The translations under genes were made by a program, and so were the position numbers. The notes under the pieces are model-generated. The model saw only the letters and a program-made list of their open reading frames with translations, did not search any database and had not been told where the DNA came from. Below, piece by piece: positions 22,718 through 32,157 of a DNA stretch of 64,000 nucleotides. This DNA comes from a virus (taxonomy: Duplodnaviria > Caudoviricetes). Where the stretch lies: IMG/VR virus record IMGVR_UViG_3300036766_002286; one strand, written 5' to 3'. Numbering within the stretch: position 1 is the first letter of the stretch; each line of letters opens with the position of its first letter.

Positions 22718-23885
22718 TTGAACCTCTCTACGGACTTCTCCGAGAGATTTCGGAGAATTATCCGACATGGCATAACTCTTTTATATTCGAGGCCAGCTCC
22801 TGGCCCAATATTAGAGTGTTCACAGCCGCGTTAATATCGCGATCGTGTTTGGTTCCACAACCACTACACTTCCAATGTCTTACTGTCATCATGTCCCAAC
22901 CTGTAGGGCCTGTTAAGGCCTCACAGTTTGAGCATGTACGAGTGGAATTCTTAGAAGGAACTTCAATATAACGCGTACCGAAGGCTCGGCTCTTGTATGC
23001 GAGTTGTCTTTGAAGCTCCCCGTGACTGGCTGCAGCCACTGACTTTCCTAGCTTTTTGCTATACCTCCAATATTATCTTTAGAGAATGCTATAAAAGAAT
23101 TTTCTTGTACTAGACGTAGTGACTGTTTATGGTTACGGTCTTTACACTGGTTTTTGGTTCGTTCTTGTATTCTGGCCGCCAGTTTACGATTTTTACCGCG
23201 TTGAGCTTGGCCTAGACGTTTTTGGGATTGTTGTGCTTCTTTAGGATGAGGAATTTTCTCACCAGTTGATAAGGTTAGTAAATCTATAAATCCGGGATCT
23301 ATACCAATTTTACCAAAAGCTTTACGCTCAATAGGTGCCCGGTCCGCATCAATAAAAAGACACAAATACCATCCAGAGGCACGTTTTAATATACGACCGC
23401 ATTTAATTTTACCTGTGGGAAGAGTTTGTTTATGAAAACGTACTTGACCTATACTCGGCAATTTAATGCAGTTACCTTCAGGCGCACTAATAGGGTCTGG
23501 AAATGGTATAGAGTTTAGCTTACGGCGGTTGCCTTTCAGTTTAGGTTTACCACCGAGTTTTTTGAAACACTTCTGCCAGGAGGTATAAACAGTATCTAAT
23601 ATGCCTTGAAGGGTGTGACTTGGAATACCAATTTTCTTTCCGTGGCCAGCGAGAAGATTTATGAAATCGTAGCGCGTATAATAAATACCATATTTAGCAT
23701 CTTGCTCGATCTTACGAATAGCCCAGTTATAAACTCCAGTAAGAGAAAATAACCAGTCGTTCATTTCTTTTTCTTGTTTCGGTGTAAGTCTGAGTTTAAC
23801 CTGGTGCTGGATCATATGATTGTTACGTACACCGTGCTCGTCTTGGATCTATAAATATTCACATAGAATATTGTGCATATATTTG
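22718..23885 (-). mobile_element. IS200/IS605-type tnpB-only element (left boundary approximate)
   Basis: Right-end hairpin CTCTC.GGA-GAAG-TCC.GTAGAGAG then TTCAA; upstream hairpin AATATTC-TATGT-GAATATT. Confidence 0.55.
22758..23815 (-). CDS. tnpB: TnpB split by a one-base deletion in an A-run at about 23053 (error or pseudogene)
   Basis: Adding one A gives AKKLGKSVAAASHG and joins the 255-aa and 93-aa ORFs; GIDPG, CSNC..CSGC, HDRDINAA. Confidence 0.88.
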
Positions 23886-25180
23886 ATATATATATACAAG
23901 TAACTAGCATGGTTATTTTTGTTTTCTAAGCCACTTGTGTGTCTTATCTTCAAACGGCTCAAAGTTATGGGCCTCTTCTGCGATCTCGAGTGCTATTTTT
24001 AGCGCTTGTCTATCAACTTGGGCACAGTTTAGCTTTTCTTGCTCATCTGGTTGTCCTTTTGCATGCAGTGCTGCTACATCACTAGCATACGCCTTATCCG
24101 CTGCAATGTACACAGCCTTGAGCGAATCTTCGGCAAAAACAAGTTTGTCGATTGCTACCTTGTTACGTTTCTCGAATCTATAGTCGCTCCAGCGTCCGCA
24201 ATAATATCTAATGCCTTCAAATATATCAACCATCAGGTTCTCCGATACTCGATAATTTCATCGCCGGATGTTACTAATAAACAGCCACTATCATCCCAAA
24301 CCTCTTGTCTATCCTCATGATACAATTGTCTGATATCAGCAGTATCATCTATCTGATCCCAATTATCTTTATTATCTGCACGAGGTATCGCATCTAAGGG
24401 TGTGTCAGCCATGACATCGCTAACACAGTGTATCAACTCGATTCGATGGACAGTATATTTCTTAAGTTCCATATTCACGATAACTCCTCTGTTTTTTTAG
24501 CGTAGTTAGCTAAAGTCAAATACTTAACACTGGCTTTTCCATGCCGGTCCACAGCGTCCCTTAATTTTTCCGTATTAGCTAAATTTCTTTCAACAATTAT
24601 TCTATATTTTTCTATCGCCACACTAAAAGCAAATCCAGCATCATACCGATTAGACATTTCACAAACGTCATGTGCCAATTTTTCAAGAATTTTACCTTCT
24701 TCAACTAATGCAAACAGCTCAACACACTCTGTCTCGGCCTGCCTATATTCCGCTTCAGCTATCTCTATTTCTGTCATTTTATCTTCTCCTGTGGGTATTT
24801 TTCTTTTAATTTATGAAATATATTCTTATAGTTAGTGAACGCTAAAGACAGCTTATCATCAGCCTCTCTTAGTTTCTCTAAGTTATCGTTGTATCTCTCA
24901 TCAAGTATTTTAAACTCTTCCACAGCTGTTGCTAAAACATCTGTACCGTGGTCTAAAGGTGCTCTTTCGGCAGCGAGTTTCGTCGCATGAAACAAGGGCC
25001 AAATTGCTCCAATTTCTCTATTAATTACCTCTTTTTCATTAAACATCTCAAAGAATTTTTTTGTGGCTGCATTTAGTTCTGTCATGTCATTATACAATCC
25101 CTCATCAAACGCCGACCAATCCGCACCAACTTCAAAGCGCTTTTCTCTGGCTGTTCTCAGCTCGCTAAAATTATTATATT

Positions 25181-25453
25181 TCATGTTTCACTCCTCAAGC
25201 CTTCAGCAAATGGTTCTATACGGGTGGGCAGATTCGTTCCTTTTAATTCATTAAATATAGTCATATAAACCAAAAATGCCGCATCAAGTTTGACTCTCGC
25301 GGCTTTCAATTTCTCGATGTCAGCAAATTTCTTTGTCGTAAGCATTCTAACCTCCTCTGCAGCCGCCGCCAGAACCTCTACATCTTGACCCAGAGCTGCC
25401 TTTTTGGCAGCGATTTGTGCAGCTGGCAAGTCAAATGAATATAGATTTTTCAT
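25181..25453 (-). CDS. chimeric gene: MENLY-family start fused to a coiled-coil family body
   Basis: MKNLYSFDLP head with a leaderless promoter; body resembles 12973..13329 and 24774..25184. Confidence 0.6.
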   Translation of the reverse strand: MKNLYSFDLPAAQIAAKKAALGQDVEVLAAAAEEVRMLTTKKFADIEKLKAARVKLDAAFLVYMTIFNELKGTNLPTRIEPFAEGLRSET

Positions 25454-25522
25454 AACATTTACTATATCGGGGAGTTTACTATAGACAACACTCTAAGCTC
25501 CTAACGTATTTCTCTTATTTAT

Positions 25523-25924
25523 TTAATTTTTCAGCTGTTCGATAATAGTAGATATAGTAGCATCACTATAGACGTCAATATTAGCAGTTTTCAGTTTCTT
25601 TCTCCAAACCAGCAACTCCGCAGTTCCAGAGTATTTGATTTCTACTTCAATATGTTGTTTTCTGGTGGAGTTTATGTTAAATAGCAGCTTTATTGGAATA
25701 TCCCATATTAAATGTATATTGCCAGTTCGAGCTGAATAAAATATATCTGGAGCTATAATCTTTTCTTGTACCAGGCTGATCAGTATATCTCCTGCACGTC
25801 TAATGGCAAATTCTCCGATTTCTTTTCGTTCAGGCATTGCTAGTAAGGTATTTGCAGCGGATTTGAACTCTTTATGATCTACAACGACATTCGGCAGCTC
25901 AAATAGATACATTATAATCTCCAT
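25523..25924 (-). CDS. MENLY-family protein
   Basis: YLFELP...AIRRAGDIL...APDIFY...LIW...IEVEI. Confidence 0.7.
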   Translation of the reverse strand: MEIIMYLFELPNVVVDHKEFKSAANTLLAMPERKEIGEFAIRRAGDILISLVQEKIIAPDIFYSARTGNIHLIWDIPIKLLFNINSTRKQHIEVEIKYSGTAELLVWRKKLKTANIDVYSDATISTIIEQLKN

Positions 25925-25952
25925 ATATCAGAACACTGCTAGAATACCTTAG

Positions 25953-26026
25953 TGGCGGAGGTAGGATTTGAACCTACGACCTCCGGGTTATGAGCCCGAC
26001 GAGCTGCCAAACTGCTCCACTCCGCA
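25953..26026 (-). tRNA. initiator tRNA-fMet (CAT), CCA not encoded
   Basis: Cloverleaf TGCGGAG...CTCCGCCA; anticodon arm CGGG-CTCATAA-CCCG with three G-C pairs; 1:72 mismatch; T-loop GTTCAAATC. Confidence 0.96.
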
Positions 26027-27609
26027 ACTACTACTATGCCGGCGATTTCCAATTTGACAACCAGGTATTTCATTAAATTCGCAATAAGGCAGTTTAGCTG
26101 TTTAATAGAGCTATGTCATCAGGATGAATACGCCCAATAGTTTTGCGCCAAAGCTCAGTAAGTGTACCATAGTGTGCTTGCATGAATGTACCATTAATAA
26201 GGTCACGAGCAACCAGGGCCAGACCACAGCCCACAACGACATCCCGAGTAAAATCCACAGAAGTAAGCAGCATGGCCTCTATAGGAACACTTCGAACCGC
26301 ATCCATCGTCGCGTTAAGAGTCCAACAGCGAGGAGCAAGATCTATGGTTAAACCAGCTGCAGCGCACGCTCTATCCAAATCAGTTCGATCAGCCACAGAA
26401 AGAGCAGTACCTAAAGTCTCAAGCTGCTTAAAATTTAACAATCGAAACGTTTCTAGCAGCTCTTCAATTTAGGGGTTTGAGGTCCATATCTGTCTTCCAT
26501 TATATTCTTCTTCATCATTTGTTGTACATTATTTTATTACAAGTCAGTCATCTTCTTCTGCTGTAGTAAGATCCCAACCCAAACACTCACCGCACATGTA
26601 CGCTCCGGTAAACTCATCTGTAACCCCATCGGTAGTAGAGTCATCTCCGCAGCCAGAACATATTTTTAGCGGATCCAAATCTTCATAAGTGTCATCAAAC
26701 ATCACGCACTTCCTTGCATGAAGTCTACTATAGCCTGGTAGGCTTTTTTTAGTTTGGTATTTGACTCTTGATACGACGCTTCCAATTGACTCGAGCAACC
26801 AGGCCCTCTATCTCTACTGAACAACTCCACGTCGCCCCACCAATGCGCATGCTCTGCTAGTAGGTCATTGAGCTTTTTTTCATCAAACATTAGATACACT
26901 CCTTTACATAATTTAATAACGCCTCTCTAGTCAAGTGACAGGCAAGTATAGCTTCAGTTTTATCTTCGACATTAATACATTCAGTTGAATGATGAAAATC
27001 AGCATCTATTGCTTCTTCGACTAATCCTTCAAAATGTGTCACATCAAATTTCATATTATTCTCCGTATTCTATGTATACAATAATGGCGCACCTGCTTGC
27101 CCAAACAATAATATTTTATAATGAATATATAGATTTTTAATCATCATTTTCATCGTCATCATCCTCTTCATCATAGTCAGAGATATTATCTTCTATAAAC
27201 ATGTTACCAGCGCTAACACCAGCCGATTCGCACACGTCCATAATATCGTCACCTAACTCATCAAATACTTTCGCACATTTTGCTTGTGACCAGTCTGGCC
27301 TTAGACAGGAAATATCTTTTACCGACCAGGAAATCGAAACTACCTCTGGGGGCGCGGTCGGCGTCGGCTTATTTATATGTCGCTTTGGCTTTACACGACT
27401 CTTTCGTTTTTTGTCATTTTGCATTTTTCTCGCTGTTTTTGGACTCACTACCATTTCTGCCTCCGTTAGGTTTATAGCTACAGTTTACTATTATGGCAAT
27501 CTTAGATAAAACAAGCAGGCATCTAGGTCCGCATCCAGTGTCATATTAAAAATATAAAAAGAGCCAGGTAATCCATGCCCGGCAGCTACATTGTAGGACA
27601 ATACCTAAT

Positions 27610-27894
27610 ATGCCTGATAATGACGCTATGATGAACCCGCCTATTGAAAAGTTACTCTCTAAAACAGGCAATTCTAAATTCGCACTTGTTACCTTAGCAG
27701 CCAGGCGCGCTCGCGAAGTGCATTTATATTTTAATCAAATAGGTGGCGGTCTAAGTAACGTAGTTCCGCCTCAAGTTGCATCCATGTCCCGTAAAGCACT
27801 TTCTATCGCCTTTGAAGAGATCGCCGAAGAAAAAATTAAGAGCGTCCCTTTAACAACTCTTGAAGTTACAGAAGCACCTGCATCAGACTCTTAA
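27610..27894 (+). CDS. rpoZ: RNA polymerase omega subunit
   Basis: NPPIEKLL...SKFALVTLAARRARE...YF...KALSIAFEEI, an actinobacterial-type omega. Confidence 0.92.
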   Translation: MPDNDAMMNPPIEKLLSKTGNSKFALVTLAARRAREVHLYFNQIGGGLSNVVPPQVASMSRKALSIAFEEIAEEKIKSVPLTTLEVTEAPASDS

Positions 27895-28216
27895 GTAAAA
27901 ACGACACTTGAGTTTTGGTTTACTTAAGCTAGCACATATAGTATATGAAAGGGCATAACAAAGGAGAACAATAATGAGAACAACTAAGCGACCTATTGAT
28001 GAAAAATTGGTTCTTGCACTCAAAGAAGTACTAAATCTCCCGCCGTACGCCTTCTATCACAGCCTAAACATTATTGAAGTTAGAATTGAAAAAGACAAAG
28101 CAACAATTGTAACGAAAGACTCATCATCTGTATCTATGGATGGAACAACTTATGCAGAAGCCAGATATTATGATTTATAACACCCGCACCAAAGTAAAAG
28201 CTACTAAAGGAGAAAA

Positions 28217-28909
28217 ATGAAAGAAAGAATAAAGTATATCGATGGCCAGGGCAACCCTCAAGAGCTAATAGGCGACCACCCCCAAACATCTATTAGTCTA
28301 TCTAATGTCGCACTCGCCGGCGCAGATTTATCTGGCGCACAGTTGCCAGGAGTTAGCGCATATAACATGGATTTGACGCGTATAAATCTATCCGGAGCAA
28401 ATCTAGCTAATGCGGACTTTTCTATGTCGAAACTCTCTTACGCCAACTTATCCGGAGCCGATTTGTCTTTTGCAGATCTTAGCGGGGCTGATTTGACAAA
28501 CGCTATTCTAACCAACACTAATTTGCGGTTTGCAATTTTAACAGACACAGACCTGTCTGGAGCTATCCTATCCGGAGCTGTTTTAGCAGACGTATCTGCT
28601 CTCCGTGTTAACTTACAAGACACCTATCTAAAACATGCTGATCTATCTCGCGCTTTTCTGCAGGAAGCAGAGCTATCAAATGCTGATTTAACTGACGCAA
28701 ATTTGACTAAAGCAGATCTCAGTGAAGCTAATTTATGTAAGGCCAACTTAACTAACGCTAATCTAACTGACGCTGATTTAGAATTAGCGGCCCTGGTTCA
28801 CACTAATTTAACTGGTGCTAATATAGAGGGCGCAAGTATAGAGCACAGTTTGCGTCAATCGACAATAATGCCAGACGGCACAACACAAGGTAATACTTAT
28901 ACAAAGTAA
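28217..28909 (+). CDS. pentapeptide repeat protein (type I)
   Basis: IKYIDGQGNPQEL head, repeats, TIMPDG tail. Confidence 0.92.
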   Translation: MKERIKYIDGQGNPQELIGDHPQTSISLSNVALAGADLSGAQLPGVSAYNMDLTRINLSGANLANADFSMSKLSYANLSGADLSFADLSGADLTNAILTNTNLRFAILTDTDLSGAILSGAVLADVSALRVNLQDTYLKHADLSRAFLQEAELSNADLTDANLTKADLSEANLCKANLTNANLTDADLELAALVHTNLTGANIEGASIEHSLRQSTIMPDGTTQGNTYTK

Positions 28910-28940
28910 GAACCAATACGGTAATAAGAGGAGAAAACTA

Positions 28941-29645
28941 ATGAGACCAAATGTAAAATACATGGATCGCAACAGTGATCCACAAGAGCTGCAATGGGGA
29001 GAGTCCTGGATAAATATTGATCTCACCCGAGCAGACTTAACCGGCGCCGATTTATCTCTTGGGGAACTGGGAGGAGTACGCATATCCGGAGCCAACCTTA
29101 CTAACGCTAATCTGTCTGGAGCATATCTTGAGGGAGTAGAGTTGATTCGAGCTAGTCTTTACGGTGCAGACTTATCTAATACAAATATTATGAATGGGCA
29201 ACTAGCTTATGCAAATTTATCTAATGCAAACTTGACAAAAGCTTACTTAGGCGGCGCCAACTTGAGCTATGCAAATTTTTCTCATGCAAATTTATCTAAT
29301 ACAGATTTTAAAGAAGCTAAGTTAATTGAAACAAACCTAGAAGCAGTAGATCTCTCTAATGCTGATTTATCGCATGCAGACTTAACTGGAGCAAATTTAA
29401 CAAAAGCACGTATGATTAATACAGACCTAACCTGGTCAAATCTAACAGGATCTAATTTAACTATGGCAACTCTAACTCATGTAAATCTAGCTAATTCAGA
29501 TTTAACTTGTGCGATCCTAGCTGGTACATTATTGGATAACTGTAATTTAAGTGACACAATCACAACTTATGTTGATTTGTTTAATATAAATTTAAGTACA
29601 TGTACGCTCGTCGGCGCTAATGGGTATTATCAGGTATGGAAGTAA
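28941..29645 (+). CDS. pentapeptide repeat protein (type I)
   Basis: RPNVKYMDRNSDPQELQWGESW head plus repeats. Confidence 0.92.
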   Translation: MRPNVKYMDRNSDPQELQWGESWINIDLTRADLTGADLSLGELGGVRISGANLTNANLSGAYLEGVELIRASLYGADLSNTNIMNGQLAYANLSNANLTKAYLGGANLSYANFSHANLSNTDFKEAKLIETNLEAVDLSNADLSHADLTGANLTKARMINTDLTWSNLTGSNLTMATLTHVNLANSDLTCAILAGTLLDNCNLSDTITTYVDLFNINLSTCTLVGANGYYQVWK

Positions 29646-29692
29646 TTAAAGCACCTATGCTAGTGTAATCATAACTCCATGTTTCAAGTTGA

Positions 29693-29720
29693 TTGCCATA
29701 TTGAAAAATCACAGCACAGT
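29693..29720 (+). promoter_or_regulatory. element-type promoter TTGCCA-N16-CACAGT, 8 nt before the ATG of the NAD operon
   Basis: Matches the recurring consensus; no Shine-Dalgarno before the ATG at 29729. Confidence 0.6.
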
Positions 29721-29728
29721 TAGTATCA

Positions 29729-30439
29729 ATGAGACATGAACCTATAAATAGAAGAGAAGTAATTGGCATTCTCGGCGGTATTGGTCCAGCTGCAACAGCT
29801 CATATATTTTCGCAGTTAATAAAAACTTTTCAAACAAACGGCGCTGTTTTAGATAACGATTTCCCCGCAATTCTTGTTCACAGTCTCAATATACCAGGCA
29901 CCCAGCCAACTGGTGTACATAGTCACCCAGATCTTGTACGTTCATTACAAGCTGCCGTAAGTCAGCTTATTACCTCTGGAGCGACTATTTTGGGAGTTGC
30001 TTGTAATAGTTTGCATGGAAAATTTGCAAACATTGGTATTCCATCTAACATAAAACTTTTAGACATGATACAGCTCACAGTTGATGCGGCTAGAGATCGG
30101 TCGTGGCGAAGAGTTGGAATCTGTGCGTCGCGATCGACTCGGTCCGAGCAGTTGTTTAATAATGCTTTTTCTGAATATGAAATTACTACTATTGATCTTC
30201 CAGAAGAATTGCAATGCGCACTCGACTCAGCAATTTTATCCGTGATGGGCAATAAGGATATTACGAATGCCAGCAATATTTTAAAAACTACTATAGATAC
30301 TCTTTTGCACATGGGAGCAGACGGGGTTATTGTAGGGTGTACCGAACTATCTATGATCGCACCTGTGGATTATAGGGTGCTTGACTCAGCAGAACTTCTT
30401 GTTGCAGCCCTACATTCAAATTCTAGTATAATCAAATGA
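29729..30439 (+). CDS. aspartate/glutamate racemase family protein
   Basis: IGILGGIGPAAT; catalytic Cys pair in ACNSLH and VGCTELS. Confidence 0.9.
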   Translation: MRHEPINRREVIGILGGIGPAATAHIFSQLIKTFQTNGAVLDNDFPAILVHSLNIPGTQPTGVHSHPDLVRSLQAAVSQLITSGATILGVACNSLHGKFANIGIPSNIKLLDMIQLTVDAARDRSWRRVGICASRSTRSEQLFNNAFSEYEITTIDLPEELQCALDSAILSVMGNKDITNASNILKTTIDTLLHMGADGVIVGCTELSMIAPVDYRVLDSAELLVAALHSNSSIIK

Positions 30440-30446
30440 GGTAACT

Positions 30447-31418
30447 ATGCGCTTTATACCATTCACGCACTCTGTCCAGCTGCACCAAGAGCTTTCACAT
30501 GTTCTCAAAAATATACGCGCTCAGCGTAACTTTAATGCCGAAAATGTCCTTATAGAAAAATGTGAGAGGCTTCAAGCCTACTTGTCTGCTTTTAATTTGC
30601 GTGCCCTAGTTGTTGGAGTTTCTGGTGGTATTGATTCTGCAGTTAGTTTAGGTATTGCATCCAACCTTCTTGAAAATGGACTTATAGACCGAGTTGTACC
30701 TGTACTTCTTCCTTTATCTGGAAATCTGGCTGCAACCGGTCAATTGGAGGCAACTACTCGCGGTATCCAAGTTTGTGCTAAATTCGCACTTAAACCCGTC
30801 ATTATTGAACTTGACCCTACTTTTGAAACAACCTGTTCAGCAGTAGAGTCCGCACTACAATTATCAGGAAACCCCTGGGCTCGCGGCCAGCTCACCTCTT
30901 ATATACGCACGCCTGCTTTATATTACACTGCAAGTATTTTATGGGCCAATAAATTACCTGCCGCCGTCCTTGGCACCACCAATAGAGATGAGGGTGCTTA
31001 CCTCGGATTTTTTGGTAAAGCCTCTGACGGTATGGTTGATATTCAGATTTTGAGCGATCTTCATAAATCAGAAGTATACGCTCTGGCTAAACAGCTAGAT
31101 ATTCCAGAAACAATAATTAATGCTATACCTACTGGTGATATGTACGATGGACGTATCGATGAAGAGGTTTTTGGTGCTCCATACGATTTTGTTGAATTGT
31201 TTTTAGCTATGCGTTGTATGACACCCATCAATCAATCTGTTATAATCAGCTCACTTGGCTCTCTTGCTCGCGAACAGTTTGATAAGTATTACTCAGCGCT
31301 TCAAGGTCTTCATAATTACAATGCACATAAATATCTCGTAGGCTCCCCCGCTATCCATTTAGATGTACTTGCCGGCCACGTCCCCGGTGGTTGGCGTTAT
31401 GCGGTGTGGTATGCTTAA
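30447..31418 (+). CDS. nadE: NAD+ synthetase (NH3-dependent type, no glutaminase domain)
   Basis: VVGVSGGIDSAV PP-loop, GTTNRDE, GFFGKASDG, DLHKSEVYALA, PTGD..DGRIDEE. Confidence 0.9.
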   Translation: MRFIPFTHSVQLHQELSHVLKNIRAQRNFNAENVLIEKCERLQAYLSAFNLRALVVGVSGGIDSAVSLGIASNLLENGLIDRVVPVLLPLSGNLAATGQLEATTRGIQVCAKFALKPVIIELDPTFETTCSAVESALQLSGNPWARGQLTSYIRTPALYYTASILWANKLPAAVLGTTNRDEGAYLGFFGKASDGMVDIQILSDLHKSEVYALAKQLDIPETIINAIPTGDMYDGRIDEEVFGAPYDFVELFLAMRCMTPINQSVIISSLGSLAREQFDKYYSALQGLHNYNAHKYLVGSPAIHLDVLAGHVPGGWRYAVWYA

Positions 31419-32157
31419 TAACATTCCAGAAGTTTTGATTAAGCACCCAGTCCCCGTTCAAGAATTTGATATAGATACAGCAAATTCTATTATTCAGCCC
31501 ACATCTACTATTTTACCAGGCACAACTGATGTTTTACTTATTAAAGGTCTTCTTGCTATAAACGAGGTGCAAGCTCTACTTTCAGCTGTCCCAGATTCTA
31601 AATTTGTAACAGCTGACTCTCACGGTGTTGCTGGAAACAACCAGAAAACAGGTTCCTATAGAGCTTCACTTTGGGCTCCAAATTTTGCTAGTATTTTATT
31701 TGAACGTATTAGACCTTTTATCTCAAATCCCCTAATTGTGAACCCTTTCACACCAACAGACGCTCATGACACTATCGCTTGGTCACCCGTTAGCATAAAT
31801 CCGCTACTTAGATTAATTCACTATAAATCAAGCGGAACATTAATCCCTCACTACGATGGTCCGGTTTTTTTCCAAGACGGTACTCGTACTTTATACTCAG
31901 TTATAATAGGCCTCACCTCTGATTCATCTGGAGCCACCAGGTTTCTTTCAGACCCAAAAAGAGATTTGCCTTTTACTCGCCGCAGTCACGGCGATCAAGA
32001 CAGGATACCAGAACCAAATGATGTCGATGCAATCATTGTCCTAGAGCCAACCGACGCCTTAATATTTCCTCATCGTATTTTACACGACACAGCTCCTGTA
32101 AATCTAAACAAAACTATTTTACGTACAGATGTCATTTATACGCGAATTTCATTATGA
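31411..32157 (+). CDS. 2OG-Fe(II) oxygenase superfamily protein
   Basis: HYD...GATRF...HRILHD...KTILRTD (HxD...H...R); ATG at 31411 overlaps the nadE stop. Confidence 0.85.
   Translation: MLNNIPEVLIKHPVPVQEFDIDTANSIIQPTSTILPGTTDVLLIKGLLAINEVQALLSAVPDSKFVTADSHGVAGNNQKTGSYRASLWAPNFASILFERIRPFISNPLIVNPFTPTDAHDTIAWSPVSINPLLRLIHYKSSGTLIPHYDGPVFFQDGTRTLYSVIIGLTSDSSGATRFLSDPKRDLPFTRRSHGDQDRIPEPNDVDAIIVLEPTDALIFPHRILHDTAPVNLNKTILRTDVIYTRISL

Noticed and set aside
22577-22768. 63-aa ORF between the two tnpB genes
   Set aside because: It spans the omega-RNA/right end of one element and the left end and tnpA remnant of the other; probably not a real gene.
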